DNA of 32,000 nt from Candidatus Iainarchaeum sp. Lineage in GTDB: Archaea > Iainarchaeota > Iainarchaeia > Iainarchaeales > JACQJH01. Positions 26,301 through 32,000 of this stretch are shown one piece after another. Each line of letters begins with the position of its first letter. The first letter of the stretch is position 1. Position numbers and translations under genes: made by a program. The notes under the pieces are model-generated. The model searched no databases and was not told the DNA's origin. It saw only the letters and a program-made list of their open reading frames with translations. Where the stretch lies: NCBI GenBank assembly GCA_016205145.1, contig JACQJH010000001.1:90001-122000 (forward strand), written 5' to 3'.

Positions 26301-26377
26301 TCTACTCCCTGTCTTACGGCGCTTCCGACGGCTTTTTGGAAGCCGCGGCACAGTTCAGCCTTGTGATTTACGGCTAG
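23351..26377 (+). CDS. large secreted multidomain protein: possible degenerate class III signal, Cys-rich module, LamG/ConA-like lectin domain, ~550-aa putative TIM-barrel-like domain, C-terminal Ig/cadherin-like domain
   Basis: 1008 aa from ATG 23351; the track start 23285 would abut the divergent gene. FSHG/QGSLDRLILLGIVVLVFAVIMLV. CSNDCSSAGLRQCSGSGYNVCGNFDEDDCLEWGSWTGCPDGRACANGNC. LamG-type GLVSYWRFDDLSDSFGSNDLVMSGN...WHRLAG...LFVDG...VDELMVFDRSF. GFDGIAIDDE and GLEGIIIDTEQNY. C-terminal ITLPEASDADGDSLITWVDGLPEGASYEP...GIYSLSYGASDG. Confidence 0.8.
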   Translation: MPHKTGRPRHYSDRAIKRPGRGFSHGQGSLDRLILLGIVVLVFAVIMLVAFSRPHERADGKVQAYYAGNGRSGVREVFDFLGVLKFGMNSGSGGPEIKPAVIPGDVNQSKKPDVVPATGTDKEPVIRACSNDCSSAGLRQCSGSGYNVCGNFDEDDCLEWGSWTGCPDGRACANGNCEVSRGVFSSEGLVSYWRFDDLSDSFGSNDLVMSGNVVAGSSPDCAFGGCLALDSSSGQAEARGLPDSGGLSDLSIALRVKFGAGGDTATRAWVAGWADAQGQGVGFYRYGASQLVFFANGADGSLTDCWSSALNDGKWHRLAGEASEQHITLFVDGFPLCYKARSGAFLSGASFKAGGPVSPSGSVLVDELMVFDRSFTQFVHPQAGYTLLGALPSNALGMRGPVIGAGGAVPGVYLFDGKIYFFSSMDAYNYYSLCSYAVSGSSARSFAVEYGDRYNTFFVDGGLVCAWPANRGLAVARPPDDGYANEGAAATTRLQAGTFLSTAGLDGLPVHRKRLITAGWLSPDLKSLKEDLGVYDESGFDGIAIDDEVFFNEPGRPWPLNIFQKTALSTGRRYREGQFDAVAGEVGQALGKAKNLKHNYMVLYLGWTHSSVLGNHLSPVLDADGIPVFDANGLKLHNLTADEQWQIIAGNARVAAGLAKKAGLEGIIIDTEQNYSVNTQDPGYIAYKGSPLTLSYEQSVPVNPAPFAEYEAAARQRGQQLASAMAEEYPDMTVLFHFAYSLYSDKDRKETGGIDQKSYLERYTLLPAFIDGMLEGAPGIRFIDGDEWTYTIRRRGQLLDRKKHFLENALEKSATNTPGNRQIEYGQELWATVLEQTPDDAAWVDVNFIPEDEIELAKQFGYGIRDALRASEGMVLIWHAQRPPWPVYRTARNGQRYRAQGVMPDSFRQAIKDARKNVEGNTNPVMPVVGFVSAGTGEKVSITLPEASDADGDSLITWVDGLPEGASYEPLSRTIEWPNPRAGIYSLSYGASDGFLEAAAQFSLVIYG

Positions 26378-26417
26378 CGGCCTATAACCGTTTGGCATTC
26401 TTTCATGGGCATGCTTT

Positions 26418-26492
26418 CTGTTTTAAAAAACCTTTCAGGGCAATCGTTTTTATGCATCCAAGCGACGCCATCAAGGGAACCGCGTCAAAAAG
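26418..26492 (+). repeat. direct repeat copy A: promoter plus first 13 codons (partner 28245-28320)
   Basis: ctgttttaaaaaacctttcagggcaatcgtttttatgcatccaagcgacgccatcaagggaaccgcgtcaaaaag is ~84% identical to copy B, with an identical 21-nt core cgtttttatgcatccaagcga. The TATA-like ttttaaaaaa (26421-26430) lies ~26 nt upstream of the conserved ATG at 26452. Confidence 0.85.
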
Positions 26493-28209
26493 ATTTTTCA
26501 TGCCGCATTTGAAACCGGTTGTTGTCTGCGCATTTGTGTTGCTTGTTTTGCTTTCCGGTTGCACCGCCACAAAAAGCAAAGGCGTGGAAAAGCCGGTTGA
26601 TTCCGACAAAAACTTTTTGGATTCAAACCAAGCCAAGTCCGCGCCCGAAACTGGCGGGCCGCGACAGCCGCCAACCACGGAATTGGTTGCTGAACAACCG
26701 GACGCCAATGTTCCGGATGCAAACGCCGGCGCACCCGACGTGAATGCAGCGGCTGCTGTCGTGTTTTGTAACCGGAACGGCGCCTGCGACACAAACGAGT
26801 CCGCGGTTTCCTGTCCGGCCGATTGTGCCATTCTTTCCGGAGGCGGAGGAGGCGGCAATTCGCCACAGCCGCCGTCAGGAAACGATAGCGGTTCGTGCAA
26901 TTCGGACGGCGCATGCAACGGAAACGAGGACACAGCTTCATGCCCTGCTGACTGCAGTGTAAGGCAGTTCAGGCATTATTTGCGGTTTTATGCTTTGGAT
27001 TACTATAATCGGTTTTCAACAAAGCCGCCGGCGCCGGAAGGGCTGGTTGAATTCACCATCACGCAGGGCACGCCTTTTGGCAACCTGCAGGATTATACTC
27101 ATTTTAATGTGACGGATTCCGGCCATGTTGTTTTGACAACTTCCACTGCGCCCAAAACTCTTGTTGCGTTGAGCCAAAGCGAGCTTGACGGCTTGTTTGC
27201 GCAGTATGGTTTTGGCGGGGATAAAAACAACATCTATTCTGGCGTGATTGCAAGGGCTGAAGTCGGGAAAATCCATGAGGAACTTGTAGAACGCCATCCG
27301 GAGCTTTTTCCGAACGGCACTGAATTGTTTGTCGGCGCCGTCATAGGGCCGGACGGGTTGCCCGAGCTCGTGGACAACTTTCCGGTCAGGGAAAGAAGCG
27401 ACATTGCCGACTACCAGCTTGGCAAAACAATGGTTTACCCGCTTCCATATTCGCCGGTCGGCTACGGGCGGTACCGGACGCTTTGGAATCACGGCAGCTG
27501 GGCGGTCAGGGTATATCTTGCAAGAAGGGCCAATAAGCTGGTGAATGGCGTTCCAGGCGTGGAGAATATTTTTTTGGATAACGTGCAATTGCCGGCTTAT
27601 ATCAAATATCTTGGCTCCCGTGTTGGTTCGGTTCCGGTGCCAAATTATGTTTCGCCCGGAAGCAGGGATGAACAGTTTGCTGTTTATGCGAACAATTTTG
27701 TTTCGGTTCTTACTGCCGTTCGCGTAAAAACCGGCGCAAAAATGCTTCTTAACGGTTTGTATGAAGTGAAGGCTAACCAAAGCATTTTTTTTCAAAAACT
27801 AATTGCGTCCGGCCAGTTTGACGGCCTTATGACGGAAAACGGGTTTTTTGCTGACGGCGTGGAAAACAATTTGGGCGGCAGCGCGGCAAGCGTGCAATGG
27901 TACTGGGATCAGGTGCAGTGGTTGAAGCAAAACGGCAAAAACGCGGTTTTTTTGGCGGGCGGGAAGGACGCTTCGAAGGCATCCAAGGCCTGGCTTTGGG
28001 TGCATTTAGTTGCTGACACCAATGTTTTCTTTTCGACCAATCCCAATGAACATTTTGACGTTTACGATTCTCCTTTGGGGTATCCTCTTGACCAGGCTCC
28101 GGTAAAAAACGGCAGCGTGTGGAGCAGGCGCTACGAGCGCGGCACGATTGTCTTTGACGTTTCGGGCGGAAGGCTTGACGACATAAAGTTTGTCGAAGGC
28201 CCGGCATAG
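26452..28209 (+). CDS. lipobox-anchored GH-like protein with two Cys mini-modules; paralog of 18484-20031
   Basis: MHPSDAIKGTASKRFFMPHLKPVVVCAFVLLVLLSGC; alternative start at 26500. FCNRNGACDTNESAVSCPADCA, a GGGGGG linker and CNSDGACNGNEDTASCPADCS. The body is collinear with the 18484 gene (SGQFDGLMTEN, WLWVHLVADT, GYPLDQAPVKNGSVWSRRYERGTIVFD). Confidence 0.8.
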   Translation: MHPSDAIKGTASKRFFMPHLKPVVVCAFVLLVLLSGCTATKSKGVEKPVDSDKNFLDSNQAKSAPETGGPRQPPTTELVAEQPDANVPDANAGAPDVNAAAAVVFCNRNGACDTNESAVSCPADCAILSGGGGGGNSPQPPSGNDSGSCNSDGACNGNEDTASCPADCSVRQFRHYLRFYALDYYNRFSTKPPAPEGLVEFTITQGTPFGNLQDYTHFNVTDSGHVVLTTSTAPKTLVALSQSELDGLFAQYGFGGDKNNIYSGVIARAEVGKIHEELVERHPELFPNGTELFVGAVIGPDGLPELVDNFPVRERSDIADYQLGKTMVYPLPYSPVGYGRYRTLWNHGSWAVRVYLARRANKLVNGVPGVENIFLDNVQLPAYIKYLGSRVGSVPVPNYVSPGSRDEQFAVYANNFVSVLTAVRVKTGAKMLLNGLYEVKANQSIFFQKLIASGQFDGLMTENGFFADGVENNLGGSAASVQWYWDQVQWLKQNGKNAVFLAGGKDASKASKAWLWVHLVADTNVFFSTNPNEHFDVYDSPLGYPLDQAPVKNGSVWSRRYERGTIVFDVSGGRLDDIKFVEGPA

Positions 28210-28244
28210 GTCAGCCGTTTTGTTCGCTGTTTGTCGTATCCGCG

Positions 28245-28320
28245 CTGTTTTAAAAATCCTTTTCCGGCCATTCGTTTTTATGCATCCAAGCGAAGCAATC
28301 CGGGCTTCCGCGTCAAAAAG
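28245..28320 (+). repeat. direct repeat copy B: promoter plus first 13 codons of coaBC
   Basis: ctgttttaaaaatccttttccggccattcgtttttatgcatccaagcgaagcaatccgggcttccgcgtcaaaaag. The TATA-like ttttaaaaa (28248-28256) lies ~28 nt upstream of ATG 28280. Confidence 0.85.
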
Positions 28321-29482
28321 CCTTTACGGAAAGCTCATAGTGTTGGGAGTTTCATCAAGCATTGCCGCAGTGAAGACTGTTGAAATTGCAAGGGAACTGA
28401 TCAGGCACGGCGCGGAAGTGCAGGCAGTGATGTCAAAGGGCGCGGAAGACATCATTGCGCCGGGGGCGCTGGAGTTTGCCACGGGGAAGCCTGTCATAAC
28501 GCATCTCAGCGGAATGGTCGAGCACGTCGACCTGTTCGGAGCGCATGGAAAAGCCGATTTGCTTTTGTTGTGCCCTGCAAGCGCAAACGTGATTGGAAAA
28601 ATCGCGAATGGCATAGCTGATGATGCCCTGACAACCATTGCAATGACTGTTGTTGGGGTGAAAAAGCCAGTCCTGGTCTGCCCGGCAATGCATTTGGAAA
28701 TGTGGCAGAACACTGCCGTCAGGGTGAACGTCGAAAAGCTTGGCGTGCTGGGCGCGGAATTCGTGCCGGCGAAAAGCCTTGAAGGCGCGGAAAAAATCGC
28801 GGACAAGGAAACGATTGTGCTGTTTGTGGAACGGGCGCTTTCCGGCAAAAGGCTTGCAGGCAAAAAGGTTGTCGTTTGCGCCGGCGCAACGCGCGAGGAA
28901 ATCGATCCCGTGCGCGTGCTGACAAACAAGGCATCGGGAAAAACCGGCGAGGAAATCGCAAAAGAGGCTTTCAGGCAGGGCGCACAAACCACACTTATAC
29001 ATAATCGGGATTGTTTTGTTTCCGGCATCAAATGCGTGCAGGCGCAAACCATCGAGGAATTCCGCAAGGCAATCCTTTCGGAGCTTGAAGGCGCGGATGT
29101 TTTCGTCTCGGCGGCGGCAATCGGCGATTTTGTAGTGGAAAAGGCGAAGGACAAGCTTGCTTCGGAAAAAGGCGTTGAATTGAAGTTCAGGCCCGCCCCT
29201 AAAATCCTCGCGGAAGTCGTGAAGAAATTTCCCGATTTGTTCGTTGTCGCGTTCAAGGCGGAAACGAACAAGGGGACGGAAGAGCTTGAAAAAATCGCAA
29301 AGGAAAAGCTGAAGGAACTGAAGCAGGGCTTTGTGGTTGCGAACGACGTGGCACATGGTGGAATGGGAACGGATGAAAATTCGGTTTTGATCGTCGGCAA
29401 AAACTTTTCGGAAAGCGTTTCAGGAAAGAAAAGCCTGATTGCCAGAAAAATCGTGGAAAAAATTGAATGCGGTCTGCCATAA
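28280..29482 (+). CDS. coaBC: bifunctional phosphopantothenoylcysteine decarboxylase / phosphopantothenate-cysteine ligase
   Basis: 400 aa from MHPSEAIRASASKSLYGKLIVLGVSSSIAAVK. CoaC region: PASANVIGKIANGIADDALT. CoaB region: VCAGATREEIDPVRVLTNKASGKTG and AAAIGDF. The start is chosen at the conserved ATG of repeat B rather than the track start 28190. Confidence 0.9.
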   Translation: MHPSEAIRASASKSLYGKLIVLGVSSSIAAVKTVEIARELIRHGAEVQAVMSKGAEDIIAPGALEFATGKPVITHLSGMVEHVDLFGAHGKADLLLLCPASANVIGKIANGIADDALTTIAMTVVGVKKPVLVCPAMHLEMWQNTAVRVNVEKLGVLGAEFVPAKSLEGAEKIADKETIVLFVERALSGKRLAGKKVVVCAGATREEIDPVRVLTNKASGKTGEEIAKEAFRQGAQTTLIHNRDCFVSGIKCVQAQTIEEFRKAILSELEGADVFVSAAAIGDFVVEKAKDKLASEKGVELKFRPAPKILAEVVKKFPDLFVVAFKAETNKGTEELEKIAKEKLKELKQGFVVANDVAHGGMGTDENSVLIVGKNFSESVSGKKSLIARKIVEKIECGLP

Positions 29483-29596
29483 TTTCCTTTGCGGAACCAA
29501 TTGTTTCACCAACCGAAAATGTCGGCACTGCCCGCCGCTAGGTTAACTGCCATATTTATATAGTACTTTGTTTCATGCTAATTTCGTTGTCTGCAA

Positions 29597-31009
29597 ATGC
29601 CGGCCGCGGTTGGAGTTGATTCGTTGAAAAAAAGCATGTTTTTCGTTTTGCTGTTTTTTGGTGTTGTTGTTTCGGGCTGCCTTCAAACTGACTCTGAAAA
29701 AGCCGCCATTGAGCTTTCAGCTTCGACTGTTGAAGGAAAACTCGCCAAGACCCTGATGGAATCGCTGAAAAAGACAGGCGAGTGCAGCGTATCGGATTAT
29801 GCCGGGGTTGCCGGCCCGGCCAACCCGCTGATAAGAAACATGGGCTTTAACGTTTCTCTTCCGACACAGGAGACCGAAGCCGCCGAATTGGTTGAAAATG
29901 CAAAAGAATGCAATGTGCAATTGCTGCGGAACGTTTTGGAAGTCGAAAAGGACAAAAAATACCAGGTCAACTACACTGCAAAAGTTGACAGTTCCTGCAA
30001 ATACTCCGGCCTAAAACCGGTTTTGTCGGCTTATATTTTGACGATTTCGGTCGACCTTGAGGAAAAAACAGCGGTTGTTGAAAAGGGAAAGCTTAAGGAC
30101 AGCATTGCACAGCAGGTATCAGAGTTCCAGCCGGCTTTTATGCTCATGGGAAAGTGCGCGGCTCCAATACTGCTCGGCATTGGATTTTTCGGGGACTTTT
30201 TGGGTTCAGACAGCGGCCCGGGCTTAGACGGCGGTCCAGACGAAGGGGAAAAGATAGCTTACGGCTTTGACGCTTTCTGGGATGATTCGAAACAAAACCC
30301 GATTCAGCTGTCGTGGAATCACGCCCAAAGTGACGGCCAGTACTATGTCGCAATTGAAATGTGGGCCACCGGCAACAGTTCGCCGCTTGGTTCAATTGAA
30401 ACGACCATAGAGAACTTAAAGGACGGCCCGGCGTTCCCGTTGGGCCACGTTTTCAGTTATGACCTGGACGGCGGGGAAATTTATTATGGCGGGCAGCTGT
30501 CATACCCGCACGAATTCAAGGTCGATGCCTATCTTTTGGACAGTGAATACAGCATTGTGGAAAAGTTCGGCTACAAGGAATTTTCAATTGGCGCGCCCCA
30601 ACAGCAGGAGGCGCCGGATGCAGCAGGCGTTGTTTCGAATTTTGTTGCAAGATGGGACGCCGAAGACAGCCAGAACCCCCTGAAGTTTACATGGGATTTT
30701 GTTCCGCAGGGCGGCCAGTATTTTGTGGCGCTTGACATGTGGAATACCGGCAACAGTTCGCCGCTTGGTTCGATTGAAATGACCATAGAGCGGTTAAAGG
30801 AGGGCTCGCCGTTCCCGTTGGGCCATGTTTATGCCGCGGAAGACGGAAGCGGCTCGCTTTATTGGGGCGGGCAATACACTTATCCGGACGTGTTCAGGAT
30901 ACACGCATACCTCTTGGACGAATCATATGATTTGGTCGGGGAAACAGCGTATGTTGAATTGACAAGAAACAATGCTGACGAAAGCCCGACATCGGTTCCC
31001 ATCGGATGA
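29597..31009 (+). CDS. lipobox protein with a C-terminal tandem 126-aa repeat
   Basis: 470 aa. ...KKSMFFVLLFFGVVVSGC is a signal plus lipobox; an in-frame TTG at 29624 is an alternative start. Two repeat units share W(D/N)xxQxxGQY(Y/F)VAx(E/D)MWxTGNSSPLGSIExTIExLK(D/E)GxxFPLGHV...YxGGQxxYPxxFxxxAYLLD. Confidence 0.75.
   Translation: MPAAVGVDSLKKSMFFVLLFFGVVVSGCLQTDSEKAAIELSASTVEGKLAKTLMESLKKTGECSVSDYAGVAGPANPLIRNMGFNVSLPTQETEAAELVENAKECNVQLLRNVLEVEKDKKYQVNYTAKVDSSCKYSGLKPVLSAYILTISVDLEEKTAVVEKGKLKDSIAQQVSEFQPAFMLMGKCAAPILLGIGFFGDFLGSDSGPGLDGGPDEGEKIAYGFDAFWDDSKQNPIQLSWNHAQSDGQYYVAIEMWATGNSSPLGSIETTIENLKDGPAFPLGHVFSYDLDGGEIYYGGQLSYPHEFKVDAYLLDSEYSIVEKFGYKEFSIGAPQQQEAPDAAGVVSNFVARWDAEDSQNPLKFTWDFVPQGGQYFVALDMWNTGNSSPLGSIEMTIERLKEGSPFPLGHVYAAEDGSGSLYWGGQYTYPDVFRIHAYLLDESYDLVGETAYVELTRNNADESPTSVPIG
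30260..30964 (+). repeat. tandem intragenic repeat, two units (30260-30589 and 30638-30964), period 378 nt
   Basis: Core blocks at 30371-30452 and 30749-30830 are ~88-90% identical at the nucleotide level (ggcaacagttcgccgcttggttc.attgaaa.gaccatagag...gttcccgttgggcca.gttt). Confidence 0.8.
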
Positions 31010-31182
31010 AAAACCGTCCTGAACAGAAAAGGGCACGGCTTGTTGGCATCGTTCCGGTCTGGCCGGGCTTTGTTCGGGTGTTGCGCCTGTTTTTGCGGCA
31101 ACAGTTATTGTGCGTCTTCTTTTTTTGGCGTAGTTGCCCAAGGAATTTTCAGCCGGACCCAAATGCGCCGGGCTGACCGGGA

Positions 31183-31224
31183 ATCGTAAAATAAAAAAGA
31201 AAAAGGCGCCGGCAAACGCCGGCG
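31183..31224 (-). terminator. GC hairpin plus U-tract downstream of the minus-strand paralog
   Basis: On the minus strand, cgccggc-gttt-gccggcg (7-bp stem, 31207-31224) is followed by cctttttcttttttatttt. It starts 16 nt after the stop at 31240-31242. Confidence 0.55.
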
Positions 31225-31239
31225 TTGAAGTGTTTTATT

Positions 31240-32000
31240 TCACTGGCAGCCGCACGTGCCGTCAGCGTTCGGCGCGGTCGAGCAGACGCCGAGCTTATTG
31301 TCCGGGGTAATACACACGATTTTGTTTCTTGCCCCGACCTGGAAGCCGGTGGTTGGCCTATGCCCTCTGTAGCTAAGCAATACGTCTCCGCCCAGCTCAA
31401 TTTGCTTCGCGTCGAGAAAAATATTGCTTTTGCGGCCAACGTAACCGCTTGCCCCATTATTTTCCATGGTAATGCCGGCATAATCATTTGAGCCGGCACT
31501 GCCGGACGGCGCAACAAACTGTTCGTTGCCCTGCTGTCGCAGTTCTATTCTATCGGCACTCACTGAGATACTTGAGTACAAAATGTTTCCGTCTGTCAGG
31601 GGTTGTTTCCGGTCTTCCATGTAAATCCCCCTCTGCACGTGATTTGGCATCCCAGTATTAAGCGATGAGTTCAAGCGAATATATGTAAAACCGTCGGCAT
31701 TTTTCGTCGCTATTTTGGTTGGAATGTCGGCATTTGTGCTGCCAAAATAGACCGAGTTTCTAAGCGTTTCGTTCGCCGCGTTCGGCCCGGCAACGCCCAT
31801 GTGCCCTTGTATGCCGCTGCCCGTGCCAAAGATGAGGCCAGCGTAACCGTCGTTTTTCGTGTTGGTTATTCTGAGCGGCGGGTATGTTTGGTCGGATTCT
31901 TTTATGTCGAGTTTTACTTCCGGTGTTGTGGTTCCGATTCCGATTTTGCCGGTTCTGTCAACGAATAATCTGTCTTTTTGCACCCAGAGGTCCCTGATTG
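31240..32000 (-). CDS. tail-fibre-like GIGTT-motif protein, paralog of 10986-11948; 5' end beyond the window
   Basis: The reading frame stays open to the window edge (..IRDLWVQKDRLFVDRTGKIGIGTTTPEVKLDIKESDQTYPPLRITNTKNDGYAGLIFG...). The C-terminal CITPDNKLGVCSTAPNADGTCGCQ has the same 4-Cys motif as the paralog. The Met at 31983 in the track is internal, judged from the paralog alignment. Confidence 0.7.
   Translation of the reverse strand, partial: IRDLWVQKDRLFVDRTGKIGIGTTTPEVKLDIKESDQTYPPLRITNTKNDGYAGLIFGTGSGIQGHMGVAGPNAANETLRNSVYFGSTNADIPTKIATKNADGFTYIRLNSSLNTGMPNHVQRGIYMEDRKQPLTDGNILYSSISVSADRIELRQQGNEQFVAPSGSAGSNDYAGITMENNGASGYVGRKSNIFLDAKQIELGGDVLLSYRGHRPTTGFQVGARNKIVCITPDNKLGVCSTAPNADGTCGCQ
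31796..31995 (-). repeat. right arm of the inverted repeat pair (partner 11217-11416)
   Basis: See the left arm: ~90% identity over 200 nt in inverted orientation. Confidence 0.85.

Noticed and set aside
28324-29400. 358-aa and 307-aa minus-strand ORFs antisense to coaBC
   Set aside because: These are Ser/Ala/Thr-rich mirror ORFs opposite a gene with unambiguous CoaBC motifs. The same applies to the antisense ORFs at 2773-3399, 8777-9469, 14264-15046, 16715-17500 and 27016-27795.
31010-31182. 170-nt convergent intergenic region downstream of the 29597-31009 gene as an sRNA locus
   Set aside because: It contains only T-tracts (cctgtttttgcgg, cttctttttttgg) and weak hairpins, which fit ordinary termination signals. 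There is no distinctive structure or promoter.
11949-31239. The segment between the inverted paralogs as a mobile island or prophage
   Set aside because: It contains core metabolism genes (aminotransferase, ppdK, ThyX-like, coaBC). It has no integrase, transposase, capsid or terminase-like ORFs and no flanking tRNA. The inverted arms are parts of paralogous genes, not IS ends.
11217-31995. Diversity-generating retroelement (template/variable repeat) as an explanation for the repeat pairs
   Set aside because: Mismatches between repeat copies (11217/31796 arms, 30371/30749 cores, 26418/28245 repeats) involve all four bases, not just adenines. No reverse transcriptase ORF is present in the window.
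1-32000. Scan for tRNA, rRNA, CRISPR arrays and IS elements
   Set aside because: I found no T-loop-like GGTTCRANNCC outside coding sequence, no regularly spaced short direct repeats and no transposase-like ORFs. An Infernal/tRNAscan run would settle this.

Overview
By eye this is a roughly 50% GC chromosomal segment with about 26 protein-coding genes on both strands. I found no rRNA, tRNA, CRISPR array, transposase, integrase or reverse transcriptase. The signals fit a small-genome, DPANN-like archaeon, though the window alone cannot prove this. Supporting signals are A/T-rich TATA-like boxes about 26 nt upstream of many start codons (leaderless genes), archaeal class III (prepilin-type) signal peptides, a RecJ/GAN-type DHH nuclease and a GGPP-synthase-type prenyltransferase. 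Housekeeping genes include a truncated Nudix hydrolase, bacterial-type coaD and coaE, coaBC, an MFS transporter, a class I aminotransferase, ppdK, a long ThyX-like protein and a DapB-like oxidoreductase. Mixed among them is an unusual number of secreted or surface proteins: four lipobox proteins, two of them internally duplicated; two inverted tail-fibre-like paralogs 19 kb apart; and four putative glycan-active proteins between 16.8 and 28.2 kb. The strongest candidate for something new is that two adjacent genes (16814-20031) attach an almost identical prepilin-like N-terminus to unrelated enzyme-like bodies, a pectate-lyase-type beta-helix and a GH-like domain. A third protein with a LamG domain, a possible TIM-barrel and an Ig-like domain has a degenerate version of the same signal. 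A lipobox-anchored paralog of the GH-like gene is bracketed by 75-nt direct repeats that copy the coaBC promoter and its first 13 codons. A RelE/RHH toxin-antitoxin pair lies inside this locus. All functional calls come from motif recognition by eye, and no database search was run.
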